Positions 39,581-49,754 of a stretch of 64,000 nt of DNA are shown here, piece after piece (position 1 is the stretch's first letter; each line of letters starts with the position of its first letter). The notes beneath the pieces are model-generated. The model did not search any database, was not told the origin of the DNA, and was given only the letters and a program-made list of their open reading frames with translations. The position numbers and the translations under genes are program-made. Where the stretch lies: contig JAYFMW010000006.1 in assembly GCA_042408215.1 (NCBI GenBank), positions 96,001 to 160,000 on the forward strand, in the 5' to 3' direction. Origin of the DNA: Microcoleus sp. Its GTDB lineage: Bacteria > Cyanobacteriota > Cyanobacteriia > Cyanobacteriales > Microcoleaceae.

Positions 39581-42500
39581 TTAACCAGTCGCACCCTGTC
39601 GCTAATAGTTCATCTAAGTTCTGATTGCGCCAAATCATCACTTTTATACCGCCAGTGGCTATATATTTCCCATCTGGGCTAAATTGGATTAACCCTTGAC
39701 CTTGTTCGGGAACAGTATATTTAGCAATTAGTTTCCCGGCTATACTCCAGATGCTTAATTCATTGGGATAACCTAAAAAAGCAATTTGCTGACTATCAGG
39801 GCTAAAAGTCAAGGCATTTGGAGATTGTTGTAATTTAATTTGATTAATCAATTTGCCAGAAAAGTCCCATATCTTGATTGAATAATCTGTACCAGTTGTT
39901 GCTATTAATTTGCTGTCTGGACTAAAATAGACATCCATAATACCTGCTTTATTATCTAAGTCAATAAGTTTGTGGCTCTTTATATTCCTTAAGTGTAATT
40001 CTTTTCCGGGCAGATACCAGGTTGCTAAATATTTACTATCAGGACTAAATTTTGCAGTGTTTCCTAGCATGAGATCGGTTATATCAACAAATATAAATTT
40101 TTCACGAACAATATTTTTTTCTTCTATCTTATCATTGCGGGATTTTACTTTTATTTTAACAGAAGTACCTGCTTCCCCCTTGAGAAAATCATAAGCTTTC
40201 CATGCCTTACCTTTGAAATCAGACACTTGATGACCATTTATTTCTAAAATTATATCACCAGTCCTTAAGCCAGCTTTCATGGCTGTGGAATTTTGCCAAA
40301 CATCAAGTATTTTTACTCCGTAACCACGTTTAAAACCTTCAGTAAATGTTTCTTCTACAGAATGACCTAAATAAATTGCTATCATTGAATGTTCTTTGCC
40401 ATTTGCTGATGATTTATTATTAACATCTAACGGATTAATTAAATTTCCCGAAGCATCCCAAAGTTTAGCCATACCTGATGTGATAGTAAGAATATATTCA
40501 CCATTTGGACTAACTACAACTCGATGAATTATTTCAGGAAGAGAATCATGTTTTAATTGCTTGACTTGCTGAGTTGATAAATCCCAGAGACGGAGAGGAT
40601 TAGACGACTCTCTACCCAATTTGCCAAAGTTGTCAAAATTAAATCCCTTTGTGGCTATCTTGCTGCCATCAAAACTAGAACTATAAGTTTTATCGCCTAA
40701 ATAATTTCCAAAAGACAACGCCTGTAAGACTCTTTCTCCATTGCTTACAGTAGTTTTAACTTCTGAAATCAAGTTTCCTGTTAAATCATATTTTTTCACA
40801 GCTTCTTTAGTGACAAAGATGATAAATTTACCGTCAGGAGATACATTTGCAAAACTAAAATCGTCCACCATATTAATACTTTTAACTTTTGTTTCTTGCC
40901 AGTCCCAAACATCTAATACTCCATTATAAACATCTTGAATCAAAAGCTTTTCACCATCTGCACTATACTGTAAGTTTATCATTGTTGGATATTTTACACC
41001 ATTTACTCCTTCTTTTTCATAATTCTTAGGTAATTCTGTAACATTCTTAGGTAATTCTGTAACATAAGGTTGGGCTATACTCAATAATTTGAGTCCGTCA
41101 GTCCCTGAGATAAAAATTGTTTGACCATCAAGACTATAGCTTAAGCCAGAACCAAAAAGCGAACTTATTGTCAGTTGGTCAACCAGTTTTCCTGATCTAG
41201 CATCATATAATTTGACGGCTCCTTCACCTGGCATGACTGTAGCAATTTTTTGACCATCAGGACTAAAACTAACATCACCATTAGAAAAAAGTAATCCTGA
41301 AAAATTGAAATCTGCAATTTTTGGGCCTGATAAATCCCAAAGTCTAGCTATGAGGACAGTTGTTTGAGATGAATCAACATCTACCCCTAAAGTCAAAACT
41401 CGCTGTCCATCTTGACTCATCACTATTTTGGTAACTTGATTAGTATTAGCTTTAAATTCTCGGATTTTTTGCATGGTTTTTAAGTTCCAAAATTGCACCA
41501 TCCCAACAGCATCTCCTATCACAACTTCTTCACCATTAGCAGTAAATCCTAAACTTTGTATAGTCCCACCTCCGTTGGGTTTTAATTCCCTAAGTTTCCG
41601 ACCAGCCAAGTCAAAAAATATTATTTGAGTAGCAAATGCTGATACAGCAATATATTTACTATCTGGACTAAACTTAACAATATTAGCCCCTATTAAAGAT
41701 TGTATTTTAGCTATTTGTTTGCCAGTAAAATCCCAAATATATAAATTTCCTTCGTCATTAATAGTAACAATATATTTACCATTAGGACTCATCGCTAAAT
41801 CCTGAATACCTTGATTCTCTGGTTCATCCCATTCAGTAACTTTCTGACCTGATAAATTCCAAATTATCACTTTACCCCTCTTGGCGCTCAAGGAAACAAT
41901 TTGCTGACCGTCTGGAGTAATAATCACTTTGCCAATGACATTATCACTTTTAAACTCATTTTTTTCTCGAATATTGCTCGTAATAGTCTGTAAAGCCAAA
42001 AAAGGGCTATTAGTAGGATAATCTGCTAATGATTCACCATCTTTTACTAATTGTTTCAGCTTATATCCGGCTTCCAGTGCAATCTTTAAAGCATTGATTC
42101 CACCTTCTCCCGACTGAAATTGACTCAAAGCTAAATTGCCTAAACTATCAGTTTCACTAATTAGGCTTTGTCGTTCAGCCCGTTGCCATTGCCACACCGC
42201 CCCCACAGCAAAAATTGAAACAGCTAATAAACCACTCGTTAGACCTAAAATAGTACGGCGACGATTGCGATCGCGCAACCCCAACCCCAACTGAATAAAC
42301 TCCCCTTCCGCCTTACTTACATCCTCCAACCGTTGCAATAAATACCCCTCCGCCTCTCCCAAAGGTGCCCCTTGCAACAAATAACCCTCCTTATTCTCAT
42401 TCCTTTCCCACTCCTGAAACGCCACCTTTAACCGCTTTTTCCATCTCAAAAAAGTATCATTTTCCTCAATCCATTTCCTCAAATCAGGCCATGCTTTAAT

Positions 42501-44735
42501 CAAAGCCTCATGCACAATTTCCACCGTTTCTATCTCAGTCGTTTCATTTCGATTACTCACCACCAAACGTGCCGTCGCCAAATGCGTTACCAAATCCCAA
42601 TTTTCTTCCCCCACCTCAGCGCGAGTCGCCAGTTGGCGCGTGTATTCCGTCCCTTCTCCCGGCGACACCAACTTCATAAAAATCTGCTTTGTCCGTTCCT
42701 TATCCCCCTCTTTCAGCGCATCATATACCCCTTCCGCGTGTCGGCAAAGAGCCTTTTCTACCCCACCAATTTCATCATATTTCAGACGATTCAGCAAACC
42801 ATTTTCCTGCTGTTTCCAAAGTTCCGTAAGCGCAAATTCCAACAATGGCAAATTACCCTGTTCCTCACCAACTTCATTGAGAATATGTTCTGTCAATCCC
42901 GCTTCCAGATAGACATTTCTTTTCTTAGCAGGTTCCTCAATTGCCGCTTGCAATTCGGTTCTCGTCATCCCGCCGATAAATTCCGGTTTCCATCTGTCTA
43001 ACTGTTCCCTAAAAGGATTATATTCTATTGCCTGCCCCAAAAAATCAGCCCGCAGAGTAATCACCAATCTGAAGGATGAAAAATTTTGTACTGCATCCAA
43101 TAAACAATCTAAAAATTGCCGACTTTTCTGATTATGGTAAGTGTAAATTTCCTCAAATTGGTCAATTACTAACAGAAAACGCCGACTGCTACCGATGCTT
43201 CTTACCACATCGGACAAAGTGCGATTCCCTTCTTGCAAATCTATCGCCAGTTGGTTAATTTCATCCCCATTAACCTCAGCCACTCCCTCACTTTTACCCG
43301 TTTCTAATTGCGCCACAGGTGACAGCAGCGCTTTCGCCAAATTATCAAAAGGAGTAGATTCCGGGCGCAAATTAGCAATTAACCAGTTTTCTTGCTGACG
43401 CAAACTAGGAATCAAACCTGCCAATACTACCGAAGATTTCCCACTTCCAGAAGCACCAATTACAGCTACCAGTTTTTTAGTTTCTACAGCTTTTACAAGC
43501 TGATTAGTAAAAGTTTCTCGCCCAAAAAATAAGGCTGCATCTTTCTCCTGAAAAGCCGATAAACCCTGATAAGGATTAGGGGGAATTACTAAATCGTGCC
43601 AACGTAGCGGAATTTCCGCCGGATTTTGGCATAAAACAGGCAACCAACTGACACAGGGAACATCACTTTCTAAGATTTGTAACCGTTTTCGACTGTCACG
43701 GATAGCGGTAGATAAGGATAAACCGTGAGTATAAGCTTCTAGGAAATATTGGAGAAATTTAGGAGCAATTGCTATCGGTAAAATCTCCCGCATCACAATA
43801 ATTTGCGGCAAATATAAATCTTCGCCTTCTGCTAATTGATAGGCAATTCCTAACCCATCACAAGCATTAAAAATTGCTAATTTTAAACCATTATTTATAG
43901 CTCTTTTGAGATGATTCTTAATTTCATCAATTGTCAACCAGTCTTGAGAATTAATTTTAATCTTGCCGATACTTCCATCACTCTCTGTTTTTCCATGACC
44001 CGCAAAAAATAAAATATCCCATCTTTGCTCCCATAAAGGCGCATCTAAATCACTCCGTTGAGTTTCTCGTTGAGTTTCTTTTTTTAACCAACAAAATTCA
44101 GCATCAGGAATTAATTTCTGAATGACTGCTTCATCCGCATCAGTTCCCGCATTATCTCCCAAAATGACTAAAATTTTAACTTTCTCTTTTTTCCCTGAAT
44201 TTCCTGAAGTTTTAACCTGTTTAAACTTAGGAGAAGCTAAAACAATTTCCGCGTTAGGAATATGCTCTAATAAATTCCATGCACACCAAGGTAAACGCCG
44301 CAACCAATGATTTTCTGTAGCTAATAAAATTCTGGTGCTGGTTGAGTCTTGTAAATGATTAAGGAGTAAATTGACTATTGGTTGAAAATCGGGCGATTGT
44401 AACCAATCATTCAGATTTTTTGCTAATAACTTAGCCGCCTTTCTACAAGCTTCAAAAGCTTTATTTTTTACTTCTTCTAGATCGTCAGGACTTTTTACAG
44501 GATCTTTTTTGGCTGTTAAACGGCTCGGCCAAAATTCTTCTGTCTTGTTATATAAACGTCGCCAATGACGATACTGTTCCAATAGTTCAGGATGTGGGGG
44601 TAACTTTCCTGATGCACCCGCGATCGCTAAAATGACTTGATTTTTTGTTATTCCTCCATCTTGCCGCACTTCTGCCTGTACGACAAAACCCTTGTCAAAT
44701 TCCCCACTAATATTGAGAGTCACTAACTTTTCCAT
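39507..44735 (-). CDS. CHAT (caspase-like) protease - STAND NTPase - TM - WD40 protein with inserted PDZ domain
   Basis: FFAGHG and FNACDG dyad; PYQGLSAF, GASGSGKS, VIDQFEE; TM helix ILGLTSGLLAVSIFAVGAVW; FSPD repeats; AMKAGLRTGDIILEING PDZ. Confidence 0.9.
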   Translation of the reverse strand: MEKLVTLNISGEFDKGFVVQAEVRQDGGITKNQVILAIAGASGKLPPHPELLEQYRHWRRLYNKTEEFWPSRLTAKKDPVKSPDDLEEVKNKAFEACRKAAKLLAKNLNDWLQSPDFQPIVNLLLNHLQDSTSTRILLATENHWLRRLPWCAWNLLEHIPNAEIVLASPKFKQVKTSGNSGKKEKVKILVILGDNAGTDADEAVIQKLIPDAEFCWLKKETQRETQRSDLDAPLWEQRWDILFFAGHGKTESDGSIGKIKINSQDWLTIDEIKNHLKRAINNGLKLAIFNACDGLGIAYQLAEGEDLYLPQIIVMREILPIAIAPKFLQYFLEAYTHGLSLSTAIRDSRKRLQILESDVPCVSWLPVLCQNPAEIPLRWHDLVIPPNPYQGLSAFQEKDAALFFGRETFTNQLVKAVETKKLVAVIGASGSGKSSVVLAGLIPSLRQQENWLIANLRPESTPFDNLAKALLSPVAQLETGKSEGVAEVNGDEINQLAIDLQEGNRTLSDVVRSIGSSRRFLLVIDQFEEIYTYHNQKSRQFLDCLLDAVQNFSSFRLVITLRADFLGQAIEYNPFREQLDRWKPEFIGGMTRTELQAAIEEPAKKRNVYLEAGLTEHILNEVGEEQGNLPLLEFALTELWKQQENGLLNRLKYDEIGGVEKALCRHAEGVYDALKEGDKERTKQIFMKLVSPGEGTEYTRQLATRAEVGEENWDLVTHLATARLVVSNRNETTEIETVEIVHEALIKAWPDLRKWIEENDTFLRWKKRLKVAFQEWERNENKEGYLLQGAPLGEAEGYLLQRLEDVSKAEGEFIQLGLGLRDRNRRRTILGLTSGLLAVSIFAVGAVWQWQRAERQSLISETDSLGNLALSQFQSGEGGINALKIALEAGYKLKQLVKDGESLADYPTNSPFLALQTITSNIREKNEFKSDNVIGKVIITPDGQQIVSLSAKRGKVIIWNLSGQKVTEWDEPENQGIQDLAMSPNGKYIVTINDEGNLYIWDFTGKQIAKIQSLIGANIVKFSPDSKYIAVSAFATQIIFFDLAGRKLRELKPNGGGTIQSLGFTANGEEVVIGDAVGMVQFWNLKTMQKIREFKANTNQVTKIVMSQDGQRVLTLGVDVDSSQTTVLIARLWDLSGPKIADFNFSGLLFSNGDVSFSPDGQKIATVMPGEGAVKLYDARSGKLVDQLTISSLFGSGLSYSLDGQTIFISGTDGLKLLSIAQPYVTELPKNVTELPKNYEKEGVNGVKYPTMINLQYSADGEKLLIQDVYNGVLDVWDWQETKVKSINMVDDFSFANVSPDGKFIIFVTKEAVKKYDLTGNLISEVKTTVSNGERVLQALSFGNYLGDKTYSSSFDGSKIATKGFNFDNFGKLGRESSNPLRLWDLSTQQVKQLKHDSLPEIIHRVVVSPNGEYILTITSGMAKLWDASGNLINPLDVNNKSSANGKEHSMIAIYLGHSVEETFTEGFKRGYGVKILDVWQNSTAMKAGLRTGDIILEINGHQVSDFKGKAWKAYDFLKGEAGTSVKIKVKSRNDKIEEKNIVREKFIFVDITDLMLGNTAKFSPDSKYLATWYLPGKELHLRNIKSHKLIDLDNKAGIMDVYFSPDSKLIATTGTDYSIKIWDFSGKLINQIKLQQSPNALTFSPDSQQIAFLGYPNELSIWSIAGKLIAKYTVPEQGQGLIQFSPDGKYIATGGIKVMIWRNQNLDELLATGCDWLKDYFVTRPEEKQKLKVCQDHSKSK

Positions 44736-44799
44736 AAAAATCCCCGATTTTATGAATTGCCAACTGGATCAATATTGAACTTGTTTGAAATTTATCATT

Positions 44800-44900
44800 A
44801 GGACTTATGCAAAGAAACCGGGTTTCTATGAAAATCGTTCGTTTCCCAACTAGATATCTACAAAGAAACCCGGTTTCTGCCCTCAGCGTGCGTAAGTCCT
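44800..44900. mobile_element. MITE-like element AGGACTTA(T/C)GC...GCGTAAGTCCT
   Basis: Inverted ends with an internal gaaaccgggtttc/gaaacccggtttc palindrome; relatives at about 37956, 39246, 39421 and 48488. Confidence 0.7.
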
Positions 44901-44996
44901 GTATCATATTTCTCAATGGGGCAACTATACCACATTCATTACCCAAGTTGCCTCTCGGTTTACAAATCGTCACAAATGCCCCAAAAGCCATCGGGA

Positions 44997-46022
44997 TTAA
45001 ATTACAAAATCTTCTGTTACTACCACATCGCCCAAAACTAATTGTACTGAAAATTCTTCTCCTACTTCCCCTTCAAATTGACATCGCATGAAAACATCAG
45101 CACTTCTAGCTATCACCTCTTGAAACACTTCATTTTCACTTAAAACAAGCAGTTTCAAACTGGGAGGTAGATAGATATCATTGCCAGTTGGATAAACTCG
45201 CAAAGTTATTTCTACACTAGAGGAATCATCATTTTCACGGCTTAAATTAATCAGTAAGACTACAGAATGACTTAACAAATCTGCTCGCAAATCAATTAAT
45301 TTTCCCCGTTCAAGTTTTTGAGTCCTTGCAGTAGCTTGTAACTGTTGGGGATTTAATAATTCTGTTACGGCTTGCCATCCTGTGGTAAAAGTATTGTCAA
45401 ACCATTGACTAAAATTCACTCGTTCTTTGTTTGGAACAACCTGCACGTCCAAAACAGGGACTCCCAACCTTTTAGAAAGTACCCCTTCTCTAAACAAAAC
45501 TTCAATTTGTTCGCATGATGACCGAGAACCTTGCCAATGTATAATTAGACTCCCTCTCTCAATTTTTTGTATTTTCATCTGATTAGCTCCTAAAATTTGC
45601 TTCATTTTTTCTTCCAAGGTTCTTAAGATTTCTTCTGAAACCTCAACATCGCAAGTCATAACTAGAAGGGTTTCTTCCTTCTCTTTTACATCTTCGCTTT
45701 TGCGATAGCCTTTATTGACAAAAAGAATGATCGGATCTCTCCAATTTTTAATTTGACCGCCAGTTAATCTTTCGATAGTCTTATATAAACCGCTTTGTGT
45801 GATTTTAACTCTTGTAGTTTCTACGGCATCATAAAGCTGATCAGACATTTGTATTGGCTCAATACCAGAGAGCAATAAACATAAATATTGTTTTTCATAG
45901 TCTCCGATACCTTTACCATTATTTAACCTCCTGTGTCTCTCTTCCAAATCATTAAACAACTGCTTAATTTTCCATGTCCGAGCAGCCTCTTGACAACAGT
46001 CTGGTAATTCTTGGGATAACAT
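44997..46022 (-). CDS. DUF1822 family protein with N-terminal HTH-like domain
   Basis: EKQYLCLLLSG.EP.QMSDQL HTH-like segment; KIERGS middle domain; VNFSQWF..GWQ, RVYP..YLPPSLKL, GEEFSVQLVLGD..VTEDFVI. Confidence 0.8.
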   Translation of the reverse strand: MLSQELPDCCQEAARTWKIKQLFNDLEERHRRLNNGKGIGDYEKQYLCLLLSGIEPIQMSDQLYDAVETTRVKITQSGLYKTIERLTGGQIKNWRDPIILFVNKGYRKSEDVKEKEETLLVMTCDVEVSEEILRTLEEKMKQILGANQMKIQKIERGSLIIHWQGSRSSCEQIEVLFREGVLSKRLGVPVLDVQVVPNKERVNFSQWFDNTFTTGWQAVTELLNPQQLQATARTQKLERGKLIDLRADLLSHSVVLLINLSRENDDSSSVEITLRVYPTGNDIYLPPSLKLLVLSENEVFQEVIARSADVFMRCQFEGEVGEEFSVQLVLGDVVVTEDFVI

Positions 46023-46073
46023 AATTTTTTGTTCCTCATATTTATGTATCCGTTAATCATAGCATACCGATCG

Positions 46074-46207
46074 TTAACGGGCATTAAAATTTTATTAACA
46101 GTCATATTAATTGCTTCATGTTCTAATCAGGTCAGTGAAGCAAAGCAAGAAGCTATTCTTTAACGAGCGTTAAGGATTTTATTAATGCTCATATTAATTG
46201 CTTCATG
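46074..46207. promoter_or_regulatory. Two direct repeats of 47-48 bp in the divergent intergenic region (candidate operators/promoters)
   Basis: 46074-46120 and 46160-46207 share ttaacg.gc.ttaa..ttttattaa and an identical tcatattaattgcttcatg. Confidence 0.65.
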
Positions 46208-46280
46208 GCATAACCATGTTAGTCGTGACGATCCCTGATTTTCACAAAACTTATGAAACCAACAAAAGGAGACATTTTCT

Positions 46281-46598
46281 ATGTGGAACTGGATTAAAAA
46301 TTTATGGACCAGTGCAAAGAACTTAGTAGCCGCAATTTTTTGGGCTTTTATGGAATGGATTCTCTTCTTAATTGAAGTAGTTTATATCGCTTTCATAACG
46401 TCTGTGATATTGACTTACTTTCCATACGCTTACCTGCTTTACTTCATGTTCTATGTGCTTGATGGTGTGGCAGTTGTCGAAAGCTGGAACCCTCGTGAAT
46501 CACAAGGACGCTCGATAATTAGCAAGCTTGAACCAGTAACTTCTGGAGTTACTCAACCAAGCCGAGAGAAGGCTACTGTGTTACAAGCAACTAGATAA
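46281..46598 (+). CDS. Small membrane protein
   Basis: AAGGAG RBS; amphipathic N-terminus and hydrophobic helices. Confidence 0.7.
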   Translation: MWNWIKNLWTSAKNLVAAIFWAFMEWILFLIEVVYIAFITSVILTYFPYAYLLYFMFYVLDGVAVVESWNPRESQGRSIISKLEPVTSGVTQPSREKATVLQATR

Positions 46599-46652
46599 AT
46601 GACAGTCTTCTTAAACGATCAATATCTACTTGTAAAAAAGGAGTAAAGAATC

Positions 46653-47222
46653 ATGCCACGCACGAGTAAAAGTCAGAAGATTGTTCTGAACCTCACCTTA
46701 GAATCAGACCACCCAGATAGCAAGTTAAAGCAAATGGACATCATCGGTGTCCCCGGTCAAAATCAAAATGGTAAGAACATTCTCAGTGACACGGTATTTT
46801 GCTTTTTGGATGATACGATAGGCCGTCCGATCTTTGCTGCTAGTCGGCAGATTCCTAAGCTGGATTGGCAAAAACTTACAGTCTGGCTATGTGCAAAAGA
46901 TGAAGATTCTCTAGGATATCAAGTTCCAACAATCGATGACCGAGACTTAGAGATGAAATCAAACATTCCTGAATCCAACCTGAAATTAATCTATGTCTTA
47001 GACAATGATTTGAAGGGGAATGAATATCGACGGTGGAAGAAAACATCTGAGGATATTTTTACACCGCTATTCAGGAAGTTTGTTCCGCCCCCTCAGTTAC
47101 CCAGTTCTTTTTCGTTTAACCCCTTTGGTTCCTTCATAGAATCTTTGGATTCTCGGATAGATCCTTACGCCAAGATGAAGCGAGAGCTATTTTTCGATGC
47201 CTTAGTCATTCAAATTGATTAA
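46653..47222 (+). CDS. Hypothetical protein
   Basis: AAGGAG RBS; 189-aa ORF in operon context. Confidence 0.7.
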   Translation: MPRTSKSQKIVLNLTLESDHPDSKLKQMDIIGVPGQNQNGKNILSDTVFCFLDDTIGRPIFAASRQIPKLDWQKLTVWLCAKDEDSLGYQVPTIDDRDLEMKSNIPESNLKLIYVLDNDLKGNEYRRWKKTSEDIFTPLFRKFVPPPQLPSSFSFNPFGSFIESLDSRIDPYAKMKRELFFDALVIQID

Positions 47223-47299
47223 TGCAAAAATTTGTCCAAAAAGTAGGGACATAGCAGTGCTGTGTTCCTACTATCCAAACTACCTAAAAACAAAAAACT

Positions 47300-48331
47300 A
47301 TGCCAAGACCTGACAAGCTCAACGGATTTTTGAAGGCTACTGCTGAACTTCATTCTCTTAATGGGAAAAGCCATTTTAGCCCAGCCGACGAGGAAAAAGA
47401 GCCTGAAACTCTGAATAAATCTTCAGAGCCACCTATCGATCTAACAGCTTACTTGAGAAAGCCAAAATATTCTCTGGAGAGTTTTATCTTTCCTACAGAA
47501 AAAGCTCAACTTCAAGTTAAGAGAGTTTTGGCTGAGATTACATATCATGACCTGATTTACACAACTTGGGGGATGGGTGAAAAACATCCAACAGATGTTG
47601 GACTGTCAATCAATTGCTATGGACCTTCTGGCACGGGAAAAAGTATGCTGCTTGAAGTGATCGCCCACAGCTTAGGATTACAGGTTTTGGAAGTTCCCTC
47701 AACCGCATCTAAATTTGTAGGTGTCACTGAGCAGATCACTCAGGAAATTTTTGCCTTTGCGACAATCCATAACGCATTTATAGTTTGGAATGAAGCGGAC
47801 AGGGATTTTGGTAAACGGCTGGAGCAAGTGAGTCAATCAGCCGATGCAGGAGTTAATTCTGCTCGCAGTATTTTGCTTGATCAACTCTCTTCTTATAAGG
47901 GTGTTATTGGCTTAACTACCAATTTAGTGCATAACTATGATTCAGCTTTTGTTAGTCGGATTCGTTTTGAGATTCAACTTGATTTACCAGATGCAGAAGC
48001 ACGGGCTAAAATTTGGCAAGCTCAGATTCCGAATCAGTTGCCTCTTGATGAATCAGTAAACTTTACGCAACTAGCTGCACAGTTTGATGAGATTTCAGGA
48101 CGGGATATTAAGAAAGCTGTTTTGAATGCTGTAGCAAGTGCCGCAAGTGAAGACAAGCTAGACATTGAGAAGCGCGTTACCCAGTCTCACTTTATAGAGG
48201 CTATGGAGGAAGTAATTGCAGGCAAAAAAGCTGCTGAAAAGGGGGAACTGAAATTAACACCTGTCACGGAGAAGGTTGAGCTACCACCTCAACCATCCAT
48301 TGAATCTAAACCGCCAGCCGAAGCTGTTTAG
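47300..48331 (+). CDS. AAA+ ATPase with atypical Walker B
   Basis: GPSGTGKS; SKFVG.TEQ; IVWNEAD; LTTN..DSAFVSRI; SGRDIK. Confidence 0.88.
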   Translation: MPRPDKLNGFLKATAELHSLNGKSHFSPADEEKEPETLNKSSEPPIDLTAYLRKPKYSLESFIFPTEKAQLQVKRVLAEITYHDLIYTTWGMGEKHPTDVGLSINCYGPSGTGKSMLLEVIAHSLGLQVLEVPSTASKFVGVTEQITQEIFAFATIHNAFIVWNEADRDFGKRLEQVSQSADAGVNSARSILLDQLSSYKGVIGLTTNLVHNYDSAFVSRIRFEIQLDLPDAEARAKIWQAQIPNQLPLDESVNFTQLAAQFDEISGRDIKKAVLNAVASAASEDKLDIEKRVTQSHFIEAMEEVIAGKKAAEKGELKLTPVTEKVELPPQPSIESKPPAEAV

Positions 48332-48645
48332 GAGCAGTCTCAACCTCCAGAATTTACAACATAAACGTTGTTGCAGTAGCTGCACAAGTAAGTGGTTGCT
48401 GTCGGGGCCTTGATTTGTTTGCTGTACTTTAAATTTTAGTAGCAAGCATATTTTCAATTCTGTTGTCTTCTCCCATTTCTAAGAATCAGGACTTACGTTT
48501 ATGGGGCTAGAAACCGGGTTTCTTTCTTCTCCTAGAAACCGGGTTTTTTGCGTAAGTCCTGAGAGTTGAAAAAGCTCTGCTCAATACCACTGTTGATATC
48601 GACCTGTTACGGGTCGATTTTTTATTTCTAAAAAACGCATAATTT

Positions 48646-49038
48646 TCAGACACCAGGCCTCACAGGAAATACCAATTGTTTGAGCACATCCAATCGGGAA
48701 CAGTCCCAGTAATCAATGTGAGAAACAATTAAACCATCGGGACTAACTTTAAGTTCGCTCCTACCGGCGATCGCCATTTTCGGTTTCCAAGGTAGCGGTG
48801 CAAGCCAGCTCAGCGTCCAGCGAGTTTCTATCGTATCTCCAGACTGCGAAATATCGTGCAAATCTAGATTTATATCCTGAAAAAAAGTCCCCATAAACCC
48901 GATCATCTTGCGGTAGCGATCGACTCCTGTAAATCGATTCACCGGGTCTTCAAAATAGACATCCTTTGCATAAATGCTGTAGGTCTGATTTTTGGGAAAT
49001 CTTTGATAATCGTCTTTGAGAATTTCAATAATATCCAT
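48646..49038 (-). CDS. DUF2358 (NTF2-like) protein
   Basis: YSIYAKDVYFEDP..F.G..RY; SHIDYWD. Confidence 0.85.
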   Translation of the reverse strand: MDIIEILKDDYQRFPKNQTYSIYAKDVYFEDPVNRFTGVDRYRKMIGFMGTFFQDINLDLHDISQSGDTIETRWTLSWLAPLPWKPKMAIAGRSELKVSPDGLIVSHIDYWDCSRLDVLKQLVFPVRPGV

Positions 49039-49107
49039 TTTGATTAATCATCATTCCTCTGTTATTATAATATAATTTTGATATTCTTGAGAAAAAACCA
49101 ATAATTT

Positions 49108-49723
49108 ATGATAGACCTCTACACTTTTACCACACCCAATGGTCGCAAAGTCTCCATCATGCTCGAAGAAATAGGCTTACCCTACAACGTGCACGTCATA
49201 GACATTAGAAAAAACGACCAATTTAGCCCAGAATTCATCGCCATCAACCCGAATAGCAAAATTCCCGCCATAGTCGATCGCGATAATGGCATTACCGTCT
49301 TCGAGTCTGGCGCAATCCTGATCTATCTTGCCGAAAAAATAGGCAGATTTCTACCCACCGACAAACAAAAATACTTTCAAGTCTATCGAATGGCTGATGT
49401 TTCAAATGGCCAGCGTCGGGCCAATGTTCGGTCAACTCAACCACTTCAAACGCTTTGCACCAGAACCAATTCCCTATGCAATTCAACGCTACGAAAAAGA
49501 AACCCTGCGACTGTACGGAGTATTAGACAATCAACTAGCAAAATACGAATACATCTGCGGCGACTATTCAATTGCCGATATTGCTACCTATCCCTGGGTT
49601 GCCATTTATGAATTTCAAGGATTAACCCTCGACAACCATCCCCACCTCAAACGCTGGGTAGAAACCTTGCAAAAGCGTCCAGCAGTACAGCGCGGCATGG
49701 CAATTCCGGCTGCACAAAAATAA
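49108..49723 (+). CDS. Glutathione S-transferase (YfcG/Nu-like), with a +1 frameshift near 49384
   Basis: [23 protein letters not shown], then [22 protein letters not shown]. Confidence 0.9.
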
Positions 49724-49754
49724 ATAGATATCATCGGTAGGGACAGAACACTAC

